From the NCBI GenBank assembly GCA_038231135.1, contig JBBRLX010000013.1, positions 31,127 through 95,126 on the forward strand: a DNA stretch of 64,000 bases. The letters run 5' to 3'. Below, in pieces: positions 1-9,493 of the stretch. Numbering within the stretch: the stretch's first letter is position 1; every line of letters starts with the position of its first letter. The notes beneath the pieces are model-generated. The model searched no databases, was not told the origin of the DNA, and saw only the letters and a list, made by a program, of their open reading frames with translations. The translations under genes were made by a program, and so were the position numbers. Source of the stretch: Candidatus Eiseniibacteriota bacterium (GTDB taxonomy: Bacteria > Eisenbacteria > RBG-16-71-46).

Positions 1-810
1 TGGCAGCTCGATGGCGGGCTGCGCGTCACCGGCGCGTTCGAGCGCGTGCACCCGCTGCAGGGCGGCGACGGCACGGGCCCGAGCACGGCGGTGAGCGGCG
101 GCATCGAATCCACCGACGCGGACGACGTCAAGGCGTCGGCGCGCATGGAGCTGCGCACCTCGCGCGCCAGCGACAACTGGCTGTCGAGCACCGCGGTCGC
201 GGTGCGGCTCGACAGCTCGTGGTCCGCGCTTGGCCGCAATCTGGCCACGATCACCGACGAACGCGCCGCCGGCGTCACCACGCGCGAGCGCATGCAGCTC
301 GGCCTGGCGTTCCGGCCCTCGGACGACGCGGCGTTCGACGCGCTCGGTCGCTACGAGCTGCACCTGGATCGCGAGCACCCCACGCCCGTCACCCGCAGCC
401 GCCGCACGGCCCACGTACTGTCGGCCAATGTCACCGGGCAAATGTTCGACGTGGTGGACGTGTCGTTCGCGTACGCGGCCAAGCGCGTGTTCGACCGGTC
501 CGATGCCATCGGCTCGAGCGGGTCCGCGCAATGGGTGCACGGCCACTGGTCGCGCGAGTTCGGCGCGACCTGGGATGCGGGACTCAACACCAGCGCGCTG
601 TTCGCGGACGGCGGACGGCGCGACGGCCTCGGCGTCGAGCTGGGCCGCAGCCTCGCAAACGGCCTGTGGCTGTCGGCCGGCTGGAACCGGTTCGGGTATT
701 CCGACCCCGATCTGCCCGACGAGACCTACACGCGCGCCGGCTTCTACATGCGCATGCGCGCCCGGCTCGCGCCGTCGCTGTTCGACCGGCTCACGCGGGG
801 GACGCCGTGA
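1..810 (+). CDS. C-terminal part (5'-truncated by window edge) of a large outer-membrane beta-barrel protein, probably partner of the downstream DUF11 surface protein
   Basis: Open frame from window start; alternating amphipathic beta-strand pattern (e.g. GLGVELGRSLANGLWLSAGWNRFGY..YTRAGFYMRMRARL); stop overlaps the next ATG (TGATG at 808-812). Confidence 0.65.
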   Translation, partial: WQLDGGLRVTGAFERVHPLQGGDGTGPSTAVSGGIESTDADDVKASARMELRTSRASDNWLSSTAVAVRLDSSWSALGRNLATITDERAAGVTTRERMQLGLAFRPSDDAAFDALGRYELHLDREHPTPVTRSRRTAHVLSANVTGQMFDVVDVSFAYAAKRVFDRSDAIGSSGSAQWVHGHWSREFGATWDAGLNTSALFADGGRRDGLGVELGRSLANGLWLSAGWNRFGYSDPDLPDETYTRAGFYMRMRARLAPSLFDRLTRGTP

Positions 811-3800
811 TGCGGCGGCTCGTTGCGGGGCTCCGCGTGGCCGCCACCGCCGCGGTGATCGCGGCGACGCTGTTCGCCGCGGGCACGGCCCGGGCGCAGA
901 TCGTGCGCTCGTTCACGCCGCGGTTCTCGACCAACGACCACGGCGACGTGACGCTGATCGGCAACACGCTGATGAGCTGCAGCGGCAACGGCAATGCCTG
1001 CAAACAGGGCCGTCTCGGCGCCGGCGGCAGCATCAACGACGACGACTTCGCGATGGCGTACGTCGACATCGACGCCGACGGCACCACGTTCTGCTCCAGC
1101 AACGCCACGTTGGCGCTGCCGGTGGGCGCCACGGTGCTGTGGGCGGGTCTCTACTGGCAGGGCGATTCCAACAATGGCGCGCGCAACCAGGTGAAGTTCT
1201 CGACGCCGGTGGCGGCCTACACCGCGATGACCGCGACGCAGCTCGACGTGACCGGCACCGCGTATCAGGGGTTTATCGACGTCACCGCGCGCGTGCAGGC
1301 GGGCGGCAACGGCGCCTATACGGTGGCGAACGTACAATCGACGACGGGCGCGACCTATTTCGCGGGCTGGGCGCTGGCCGTGGCCTACCGGCTCGCCAGC
1401 AATCCCTCGCGCAACCTGGTGGTCGAGGACGGTTACGCCCAGGTCGCGGCCGGCGCCACGGTGACGATCCCCGTGAGTGGGTTCCTGACGCCACCCGGCG
1501 GCATCGTGAACACGCGGCTCGGCGTGGTGACGGGCGAGGGCGACCTCGGCCTCACGGGAGACGCGTTCCAGATCAACGGCACGACGTTGTCCGACGCCGC
1601 GAATCCGGCGGACAACTTCTTCAACAGCTCGATCAGCCAGTTCGGCGTCAACGTCACCACCAAAAACCCCAACTACGTGAACCAGCTCGGCTGGGACGTC
1701 GACATGGTGTCGGCGAACGGCGTGCTGCCGAACGGCGCGACGAGCGCCACGATCACGCTGACGTCCGCCAGCGACCGCTACTACCCGTCGGTCGTGACGT
1801 TCGCGACCGATCTCTACCAGCCGGTGTACACCGGCAACGGGTTCTTCAAGTCGGTGGCCGATCTCAACGGAGGATCGGTGCGGCCCGGCGACGTGCTGGA
1901 GTACACCGTTCGCATGAACAACTCCGGCGACGATGCCTCGACGAACACCGTCGTGCGCGACACGCTGCCCGCCAACGTCACCTACGTCGCGGGCTCGCTG
2001 TCGGTGGTGAACGGCCCGAACACCGGCGCCAAGACCGACGCAATCGGCGACGACGTGATGGAGTACGACCCGGCCACGCGCATCGTCACCGCGCGACTCG
2101 GCACTGGCGCCACGGGCACGCTGGGCGGCCGCGTCGACCCGGACGTGCAGACCACCGTGAAGTTCCGCGCGGCGGTGAACCTGCCACTCGCGAACGGCAG
2201 CGTGGTGTCGAACCAGGCGCTCGCGAATTTCAACGCCGCCCAGCTCGGCACCGCGCTCAGCGCCGCGAGTGATGCGGACACGCTAACCGCGGGCAACCAG
2301 CGCACGAATGTGACGGTGGTGGCCCAGACGCTGAGCGGCACCGTGTTCGAGGACGTGAACTACGGCGGCGGCGCCGGGCGCACCAAGGCGGCGTCCGCCG
2401 GCGTGGCGCGGCCGGGCGCGCGCGTCGAGTTGTACGGTGCTGCCGGCCAATACCTCGCGGCCGACACCACCGACGTCAATGGCCTGTACTCGTTCGACGG
2501 CATCGGCCCCGGCAGCCTCACCGTGCGGGTCGTGAGCTCCATGGTGACGTCGTCGCGGCCCGGCGCCGTCGCCGGACTGCTGCCGGTGCAGACGTTCCGC
2601 GTGGACGCCTCCAGCGGCGCCGCGGTGAACGACGCGGTCCGTGTCGGCGGCGAGGTGCCGTCCAAGGTCGACGCCGGCATGAACACGACGAACGCGACGC
2701 TGGCGTCGCTCACGACGGCCGGCGCGACCGCTCAGTCGATCGCGCCGGTCACCACGGGCACCGTCAACTTCACGGGCGTGGACTTCGGGTTCAACTTCGA
2801 TGTCATCGTGAACGCCAACGACTCGGGCCAGGGCAGCCTGCGGCAGTTCCTGACCAACGCGAACGCGCTCCAGAACACCGGCCTCGCGCAGTCCGGGCTC
2901 ACCGGCGGCATCGAGACGTCGATCTTCATGGTCAGCGACGGCGCCGCCCACGCGGGATTGCGGACCGGGCTCGCGAGCCTGCTCACCGGCGGCGTTGTCG
3001 CGATCGCCCCCATCACGACGCTGCCCGCGATCACCGACCCGGCGCGGCTCGACGGCACCACGCAGACCACGAACGTCGGCAACACCAACGCGGGCACGCT
3101 GAATTCCACGATCGCGGTGGGCGCCGACGGCCTCACGGTGACCGCACTCGCGCGGCCGGAGGTTGAGATCAAGGACGGCGCCAGCCTGGCGCTCGGCGTC
3201 GACGTGCAGGCGTCGGGCGTCACGCTCACCGGGCTCGCGATCTATGGCTTCGGCAACACACCGGCGAACGACGCCCACGCCAACGTGCGCATCGGTGCGA
3301 CCGCGGGCACGGCGGTGATCGACGGGTGCGCGATCGGCGTGAGCGCCTCGAGCTTCGCCGACCCCGGCGCCGCGGCGCGCAGCGGTGGCGACGCGGTGCG
3401 TGTGATCGGCGGCGACGACGGCATCCTGCGCAACAGCATCGTGGCCTACGCGGCGGGCAACGGCGTCGCGCTGGCGACGAACTCCGATCGCTGGACTCTC
3501 ACCGGCAACGAGATCCGCGGCAACGCCATCGGCAATGCGTCGCGCGACGCGGTGTCGCTCGAGGCGAGCGCGAGCGACGTGGTGCGCGGCAACCGCATCG
3601 CGGACACCGAGGGCTGCGGCATCGACGCTCGCACCAGCACCGGGTCCGGCACGTTCGAGAACAACACGATCTCGCGCAGCGGCCTCGGCGCCGCCGGCAC
3701 GCCCGAGACGCCCGGGGTGCGGCTCGGGGGTACGGCGAACCGCGTCGACCGCAACGTGCTGTTCGACAACTACGGCGCGGGCGTGCTGGTGATGTCGAGC

Positions 3801-5750
3801 TCCTCGGCGAACACCATCACCAAGAACTCGATGTACAACAACGGCGGCATCACGAACAACGCCGCCGCCGCCGCGACCGGACAGCTCGGCATCGATCTCG
3901 AGTCGGCCACGGACGACGTGAACCGCGGCACCGCGCCCTATGTGACGCTGGACGATCTCGCCGACGCGGACGCGGGCGGCAACGGGCTCTTGAACTTCCC
4001 GGTGCTCGAGAGCGCCGTGCTCGCGGGCGGCAACCTGACGCTCACCGGCTGGGCGCGACCCGGGTCCGTGATCGAATTGTTCGTGTCGGATTCCGATCCG
4101 TCCGGATTCGGCGAGGGCAAGACCTGGCTGACGACACTCACCGAAGGCTCGGTGTCGGACCTCGACGCGTCGTCGAGCACGTTCTCCGGCACGATCAACG
4201 GACTCGTCCAGGGCACCGACAACACGAACCGGTTCCGGTTCACGTTTGCGGCCCCGGGGGGCGTCGCGGGCGGCGTGCGGCTCACGGCGACCGCCACGCT
4301 GTCGCAGGCGACATCCGAGTTCTCGGGACAGGTCACCGTCGCGGGCGGCGTGAGTGTGGCGGGCTATGGCTATCTGGATGTGAATCACAGTCTCAATCGC
4401 GACGCGGCGGAGGCCGGCACCGGCGCCACGCTCTACGCGAAGCTCGTCGCGTCCTCGACCCCGGGCAGCGCCCAGGCGGTCGTGGCGATCGACGCCGTGA
4501 CCGGCGCGTATGCGTTCTCCTACGTGACCGCCGGTACCTACACGATCGTGCTCGACGACAACAACGCCGCGAGCGACGTCGCTCCCGCCTATCCCGTGGG
4601 CATGATCGGCACCGAGGTTTCGAACGGGGCGCGCCCGCTCACGGTCGCCAACGCGAACCTGGCGGACCAGGACTTCGGCATGTGGCGCGGCAGCCGGGCC
4701 GACGGCATCGTGTTCCGCGACGACGGCGCGGGCGGCGGCACCGCCAACGACGGCGTGAACCAGGCCGGCGAGGGCGCCGTGGGCGGCGTGCGCGTCGCGC
4801 TCGCGAACGCGGCGTGCGCAGGCGGCCGCTGCGACAGCACGCTCACCGACGGCGCGGGTGCCTTCACGCTGTGGATCCCGAACGGCGCCGTGGGCACCAG
4901 CACGCAGGCGCTCGAGACGAATCCCTCGGGCTGGGTGTCCACCGGCGGCGGCGCCGGGACGACCGGTGGCGCCTACTCGCGCAACTCCGACATGGTCACG
5001 TTCACCCCGGCAGGCGGCGTGGCGTATTCCGGGCTCCGGTTCGGGGACGTCCCGCCCAACACGTTCGCGCCGAACGGCAACCGCAGCGGCACACCGGGCG
5101 CCGCGGTGTTCCACCCGCATACCTTCATCGCCGGCAGCGGCGGCAGCGTGAGCTTCACGGCCGTCGAATCGCCGTCGCCCGCGATTCCCGGCTGGACGGC
5201 GGAGCTGTACCGCGACCTGAACTGCAACGGCAGCGTGGATGCCGGCGACAACCCCGTGACGGCACCCGTGGTCGTGACCGCGGGTCAGACGCTATGCCTC
5301 GTGCTCAAGCACTTCATCCCCGGCGGCGCGCCCGCCGGCGCCAGCGAGCAGGTGACACTCGGCGCCAGCATGAGCTACACGAACGCGTCCCCCGCGCTCG
5401 TCACGGTCGTGTCGCTGGGCGACCGCACGACGGTGATCTCCGCCGGCAGTCTCGAGATCGTGAAGACCGTGGACCTCGCGAGTGCCAGGCCTGGCGACGT
5501 GCTCACCTACACGATCACCTACCGCAACCTGGGGCCCGCGCCGCTATCGGCGATCCTGCTGCAGGACGCCACTCCCGCCTACACCGTGTTCCAGAGCGCG
5601 AGCTGCGGCGCCGCCGGCAACGGCATCACCGCCTGCAACGTGACCGCGCAACCGGCGGTGAACGCGTCCGGCCCGGTGCGCTGGACGCTGACCGGCGCAC
5701 TCACGCCCGGGGGAGCGGGGGCGGTGACGTTCCAGGTGAAGGTGCAGTAG
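810..5750 (+). CDS. Large secreted surface protein/adhesin: DUF3344-like N-domain, two DUF11 repeats, SdrD-B/Cna-like domains and a right-handed parallel beta-helix
   Basis: Signal peptide MRRLVAGLRVAATAAVIAATLFAAGTARA; DUF11 motifs 'PGDVLEYTVRMNN..VVRDTLPANVTYVAGS' and 'KTVDLASARPGDVLTYTITYRN'; 'VNANDSGQGSLRQF' and PbH1-like repeats; start reassigned to the ATG coupled to the upstream stop. Confidence 0.8.
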   Translation: MRRLVAGLRVAATAAVIAATLFAAGTARAQIVRSFTPRFSTNDHGDVTLIGNTLMSCSGNGNACKQGRLGAGGSINDDDFAMAYVDIDADGTTFCSSNATLALPVGATVLWAGLYWQGDSNNGARNQVKFSTPVAAYTAMTATQLDVTGTAYQGFIDVTARVQAGGNGAYTVANVQSTTGATYFAGWALAVAYRLASNPSRNLVVEDGYAQVAAGATVTIPVSGFLTPPGGIVNTRLGVVTGEGDLGLTGDAFQINGTTLSDAANPADNFFNSSISQFGVNVTTKNPNYVNQLGWDVDMVSANGVLPNGATSATITLTSASDRYYPSVVTFATDLYQPVYTGNGFFKSVADLNGGSVRPGDVLEYTVRMNNSGDDASTNTVVRDTLPANVTYVAGSLSVVNGPNTGAKTDAIGDDVMEYDPATRIVTARLGTGATGTLGGRVDPDVQTTVKFRAAVNLPLANGSVVSNQALANFNAAQLGTALSAASDADTLTAGNQRTNVTVVAQTLSGTVFEDVNYGGGAGRTKAASAGVARPGARVELYGAAGQYLAADTTDVNGLYSFDGIGPGSLTVRVVSSMVTSSRPGAVAGLLPVQTFRVDASSGAAVNDAVRVGGEVPSKVDAGMNTTNATLASLTTAGATAQSIAPVTTGTVNFTGVDFGFNFDVIVNANDSGQGSLRQFLTNANALQNTGLAQSGLTGGIETSIFMVSDGAAHAGLRTGLASLLTGGVVAIAPITTLPAITDPARLDGTTQTTNVGNTNAGTLNSTIAVGADGLTVTALARPEVEIKDGASLALGVDVQASGVTLTGLAIYGFGNTPANDAHANVRIGATAGTAVIDGCAIGVSASSFADPGAAARSGGDAVRVIGGDDGILRNSIVAYAAGNGVALATNSDRWTLTGNEIRGNAIGNASRDAVSLEASASDVVRGNRIADTEGCGIDARTSTGSGTFENNTISRSGLGAAGTPETPGVRLGGTANRVDRNVLFDNYGAGVLVMSSSSANTITKNSMYNNGGITNNAAAAATGQLGIDLESATDDVNRGTAPYVTLDDLADADAGGNGLLNFPVLESAVLAGGNLTLTGWARPGSVIELFVSDSDPSGFGEGKTWLTTLTEGSVSDLDASSSTFSGTINGLVQGTDNTNRFRFTFAAPGGVAGGVRLTATATLSQATSEFSGQVTVAGGVSVAGYGYLDVNHSLNRDAAEAGTGATLYAKLVASSTPGSAQAVVAIDAVTGAYAFSYVTAGTYTIVLDDNNAASDVAPAYPVGMIGTEVSNGARPLTVANANLADQDFGMWRGSRADGIVFRDDGAGGGTANDGVNQAGEGAVGGVRVALANAACAGGRCDSTLTDGAGAFTLWIPNGAVGTSTQALETNPSGWVSTGGGAGTTGGAYSRNSDMVTFTPAGGVAYSGLRFGDVPPNTFAPNGNRSGTPGAAVFHPHTFIAGSGGSVSFTAVESPSPAIPGWTAELYRDLNCNGSVDAGDNPVTAPVVVTAGQTLCLVLKHFIPGGAPAGASEQVTLGASMSYTNASPALVTVVSLGDRTTVISAGSLEIVKTVDLASARPGDVLTYTITYRNLGPAPLSAILLQDATPAYTVFQSASCGAAGNGITACNVTAQPAVNASGPVRWTLTGALTPGGAGAVTFQVKVQ

Positions 5751-5806
5751 GGGCGAGTGGCAGAGGTCCGCGGACGACCCGTCGGGCGTTGCGGCGAATT
5801 CTCTAG

Positions 5807-5957
5807 CAGGCTGCTGAAAAAGGCGGTACCGATCGTGCCGGAATGCAGATCTGGCGTCCTGGCCGCGGACGGGTGCACGAATTTGCTGAGGTTTTCAAGT
5901 TCTTCTCGTCGGGCCATCAACGCGAAATGAGGTCCGGAAAGGTTTTTCAGCAGCCTG
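5807..5957. mobile_element. MITE-like non-autonomous element with 15-bp terminal inverted repeats and CTAG target-site duplication
   Basis: CAGGCTGCTGAAAAA (5807-5821) ... TTTTTCAGCAGCCTG (5943-5957), with CTAG at 5803-5806 and 5958-5961; no credible ORF inside. Confidence 0.7.
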
Positions 5958-7580
5958 CTAGCGTTCCCTGCGCACCAATACCAATGTCATGTCGTCGGTG
6001 CGCGGCTGATCTTCGAGGAATGCAGTCACCTGCCCCACCACCGCCACGGCCGCGCGCTCGAGCTCCGGCTCGCGGGCGTTGTCCGCCAGCGCCTTGGCGA
6101 GCCGGGCGTCGTCGAAGAACGCGTCGCCGTTCTGCGCTTCGGGCAGGCCATCCGTGAACACCGCCAGCAGCGCCCCCGGCTCGAGCGTCACCTCGCCCGC
6201 CACGAACGGGAAGTCGGCCAGCACTCCGACCGGCACCGCGGTCGCCTCGAGCAGCGCGGGTGCGCCGTCCCCGAACACCATCGGCGAATTGTGCCCCGCG
6301 TTCACATAGCGGAGCCGGCCGGTCGCGGGATCGAGACTGGCGATGAACATGGTGACGAAATGCCCGGCATCGGTGCTGCGATAGACGACGGCATTGAGCC
6401 GCGTCGTGAGATCCGCGGGGTCGGGGCAGATGTCGTACAGCACCCGTGCCGAGGACAGCACCGAGGACATCAGCAGCGCGGCGCCCATGCCCTTGCCGGA
6501 CACGTCGCCGACCAGGAACACCAGCGTGCCGTCCGCGCGCACGTGGAAATCGTACAGATCGCCGCCCACCTCGAAGCAGGTCTCGAGCTGGGCGTGGCAG
6601 CCCCAGCCCGGCACCACCGGGGGCTTCGTCAGCAGCGTGCGCTGGATGCGCGTGGCCGTCGCCAGTTCCTGCGCCATGCGCAGCCGGGCCTGCTCGGCTT
6701 CGAGCAGCCGCGCGTTCGTGATCTTCACGGCGGCCATGTTGCCGAGCAGCGTGAACACCTCGAGCTGTTCCTCGTCGTAGGACACGGTGAGCGCGTTGCT
6801 GTCGACGTACAGCAGCCCGAGCACCCGCTCGTTGTCGAACAACGGCACCGCCATCGCCGAATGAATGCCCTGCGACACGATGCTCATCTGCGCCTGGAAC
6901 CGCGGATCCATCGTGGCGTCCCGGGTGATCACGGACGTGCACTCGTTCAGGACCGTGTCCATGATCGTGCGGGACAGCACCAGCGGCTCCCGCGCGCCCA
7001 CCCCGCGAGTGCGGGCGGCGATCTGCACCGGCTCGGCACCGGGATCCTCGCGCAGCAGCATGATGAGCCGGGTCGCCGGCACCGCCTGTTCGACCAGCCG
7101 CAGCAGTTCCTCGCAGGTCTCCCGCAGCGGCCGCGGCAGCACCAGTACCCGGCCGGCCTCGGTGAGCACGCGCACCAGCCGTGCGATGTCGGGGCGCGCG
7201 CTGCGCGCCTCGGCGCGCTCGAGGATCTGCTGCGCCCGGATCTTGACCGACGACCCCAGGCCCACGGATTCGCTGAACTGGGTCTTTGGCTCGCCCGCAT
7301 CCGAGCCCATGCGCACGAGCACGTGGCCGAACTCGATGGTGTCGCCCACCGCGAGCGGGTGCACATCGCGCACGTCGACGCCGTTCACGCGCGTGCCATT
7401 GCGGCTGCCCAGGTCGCGAACCGCCCAGCCGCTGCCCTGGCGCACGACTTCGGCGTGCTCCTTGGACACGGTGGCGTCCGGCAGGTGGACGGTATTCTTC
7501 GACGACCGGCCCACGGTGAGCGTTCCCTCGAGCGGCCAGCTGCGGCGCTCGCCGTTGAGGACCGCCGTGAGTTCGGTCAT
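5958..7580 (-). CDS. FHA-GAF-SpoIIE (PP2C-type) Ser/Thr phosphatase
   Basis: FHA motifs VGRS..VSKEHA..DLGSRNGT; GAF 'SAMAVPL..LGLLYVD'; PP2C motifs VGGDLYD, GDVSGKG, NAGH, FTDGL, DDMT. Confidence 0.92.
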   Translation of the reverse strand: MTELTAVLNGERRSWPLEGTLTVGRSSKNTVHLPDATVSKEHAEVVRQGSGWAVRDLGSRNGTRVNGVDVRDVHPLAVGDTIEFGHVLVRMGSDAGEPKTQFSESVGLGSSVKIRAQQILERAEARSARPDIARLVRVLTEAGRVLVLPRPLRETCEELLRLVEQAVPATRLIMLLREDPGAEPVQIAARTRGVGAREPLVLSRTIMDTVLNECTSVITRDATMDPRFQAQMSIVSQGIHSAMAVPLFDNERVLGLLYVDSNALTVSYDEEQLEVFTLLGNMAAVKITNARLLEAEQARLRMAQELATATRIQRTLLTKPPVVPGWGCHAQLETCFEVGGDLYDFHVRADGTLVFLVGDVSGKGMGAALLMSSVLSSARVLYDICPDPADLTTRLNAVVYRSTDAGHFVTMFIASLDPATGRLRYVNAGHNSPMVFGDGAPALLEATAVPVGVLADFPFVAGEVTLEPGALLAVFTDGLPEAQNGDAFFDDARLAKALADNAREPELERAAVAVVGQVTAFLEDQPRTDDMTLVLVRRER

Positions 7581-7956
7581 CGCTGGTTCCGGAGCCCGCC
7601 GGCGGCTGCGCGCCAGCCGGGCGCGAGCATGGGCACGTCATGGATGGGTGTGGAACTCCGTCGGCTGTGGCGCATATCCGTCGGAATCTACCCGACTTAG
7701 GGCGTCCCGCGTCAATTCTCCGCCAAGTGCTTCGGAAAGCACTGGTCGCGCGGCGGCCTGACGGGTTAGCTTGTGCCCACGACCCGCAGCGAGACCGGTT
7801 CAGATCGCATTCAGGGACATCCCCTGGTTCGGGGTATGGTACCGGGCGCTTACGGGTAGCCGGATGACCCCCTCGTCACTGCCGTGAATCGTTCGAAGAC
7901 TTCGAACGGCACGACATCGTCACCGGTCGAACGAGTGGGCGAAACGGGGAGCATCC

Positions 7957-9489
7957 TTGCTGTCGGTTTCGGTGGTCGTTCCGGCCTATAACGAAGAAGC
8001 GCTGCTGTCCGATACCCTCGACGCCCTGCTGGCCCAGGACTACCAGGGTCCGCTGCAGATCATCGTCGTCGACAACGCCAGCACCGACGGCACCGGCCGG
8101 ATCGCCCGGGAGCGCTCGGTCACCGTGGTTACCGAGCCCGACCGCGGCTACTGCAACGCGCTGGTCGCAGGGTTCGCCGCCGCGACCGGCGACATCGTCG
8201 CCTGCACCGACGCCGACACCATCGTGCCCCCCGACTGGATCTCGCGGTTCGTCGCCGAATACGAGCGCCATCCCGGGATCGTCTCGATCGGCGGCGGCAT
8301 CGAATTCGTCGACCAGAACTGGAAGAGCTGGTTCCTGACGGCGCTGATCCTGCCGCTCGTCAACGGGGTCGACCGGCGCAATCCCCAGGGACCGCACCTG
8401 TGGGGCGCCAACCTGTCGGTGCGGCGCACGGCATTCGAGGCGGTGGGTGGCTGGAACCGCGCATTCAGCCTGCAGGCGGACAGCGAGCTGTCGGAGCGGA
8501 TGCGCCGTGTGGGCCGCGTGATCCTGATTCCGTCGCTGTCCGTGCGCACGTCGTCGCGGCGCTGGAACCAGGCGCTGATGCGGAACATGTACCTGTATGC
8601 GTCGAATTTCGTGTGGTTCCAGTTGTTCCACAAGCCGCTGTATCGCGAATTCCCCGCGGTGCGTTCCGTGGTGCGATCCGCGACGCGCGAGGCGGCGGCC
8701 CAGGTGCGCCGGCCGGCGTTCGCGGTGTCGTTGGTCCTGGTCGGCGTGTTCGCCGGAGTCGTGTACTCGGCGCTCGCACCGCGGTCGAATGCGTTCGGCC
8801 GCACCTACTGGTCGGGCGCCACCACCGACAAGGTCGTCGCGCTGACGTTCGACGACGGCCCGAACGAGCCGTATACCTCGCAGGTGCTCGCGATCCTCAA
8901 GCGCGAGCACGTGCGCGCGACGTTCTTCCTGATCGGCTCCAACATCCGCCGCGATCCCGCCGCTGCCGCCCGCATCGCGCGTGACGGACACGTGATTGGA
9001 AATCATTCGGACACCCATCCGGCGCGCTTCGCGCTGAAGCCCGTGCCGGAACTCCGCCACGAGCTCGACTCGGCGGAGAACTCGATTCACGAGGCGACGG
9101 CGCTGTATCCGCGGTTCTTCCGGCCGCCCCAGGGACTGCGCTCGCCGTGGCTCATGGGAGTGCTGTCCGAGGATTCGCTGGTGGCGGTCACCTGGGACGA
9201 TACGCCGCAGGATTGGGACCCGCTGCCGCCCGACGAGCTCGTGAAGCGCGCGCTGACGCAGGCGCATCCGGGGGCGATCATCCTGCTGCACGACGGGATG
9301 AACCTGACGCCCGATGCCGATCAGAGCCGCACGGTGACCGCGCTGCCGCGCATCATCGATGGATTGCGGGCCCAGGGCTACCGGTTCGTCACGATCCCCG
9401 AACTGCTGGGCGGCCGCGCGTATCTGTCGCAGTGGCCCGCGGGACCGTCACGCGCCGTCGCCGTCAACCCGCGCCGGGACCAGCCCTGA
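7957..9489 (+). CDS. GT2 glycosyltransferase fused to a NodB-type polysaccharide deacetylase
   Basis: N-terminal VVVPAYNEE, VVDNASTDGT, TDAD; TM segment; C-terminal CE4 motifs LTFDDGP, GNHSDTH, FRPP, IILLHD. Confidence 0.9.
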   Translation: MLSVSVVVPAYNEEALLSDTLDALLAQDYQGPLQIIVVDNASTDGTGRIARERSVTVVTEPDRGYCNALVAGFAAATGDIVACTDADTIVPPDWISRFVAEYERHPGIVSIGGGIEFVDQNWKSWFLTALILPLVNGVDRRNPQGPHLWGANLSVRRTAFEAVGGWNRAFSLQADSELSERMRRVGRVILIPSLSVRTSSRRWNQALMRNMYLYASNFVWFQLFHKPLYREFPAVRSVVRSATREAAAQVRRPAFAVSLVLVGVFAGVVYSALAPRSNAFGRTYWSGATTDKVVALTFDDGPNEPYTSQVLAILKREHVRATFFLIGSNIRRDPAAAARIARDGHVIGNHSDTHPARFALKPVPELRHELDSAENSIHEATALYPRFFRPPQGLRSPWLMGVLSEDSLVAVTWDDTPQDWDPLPPDELVKRALTQAHPGAIILLHDGMNLTPDADQSRTVTALPRIIDGLRAQGYRFVTIPELLGGRAYLSQWPAGPSRAVAVNPRRDQP

Positions 9490-9493
9490 GCTG

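Noticed and set aside
219..809. N-terminal extension of the 1843-aa ORF
   Set aside because: Overlaps the upstream barrel gene in another frame and is Arg-rich shadow translation; the signal peptide begins at ATG 810
2283..5120. Long antisense/alternate-frame ORFs (e.g. 945 aa here; also 26209-28473, 49602-51875, 53639-56236)
   Set aside because: Shadow ORFs typical of high-GC DNA, lying over genes with clear family motifs
7670..7700. Second sigma28-like promoter upstream of the FHA phosphatase
   Set aside because: TAAG is present but the -10 (ACGGATAT) and spacing match poorly
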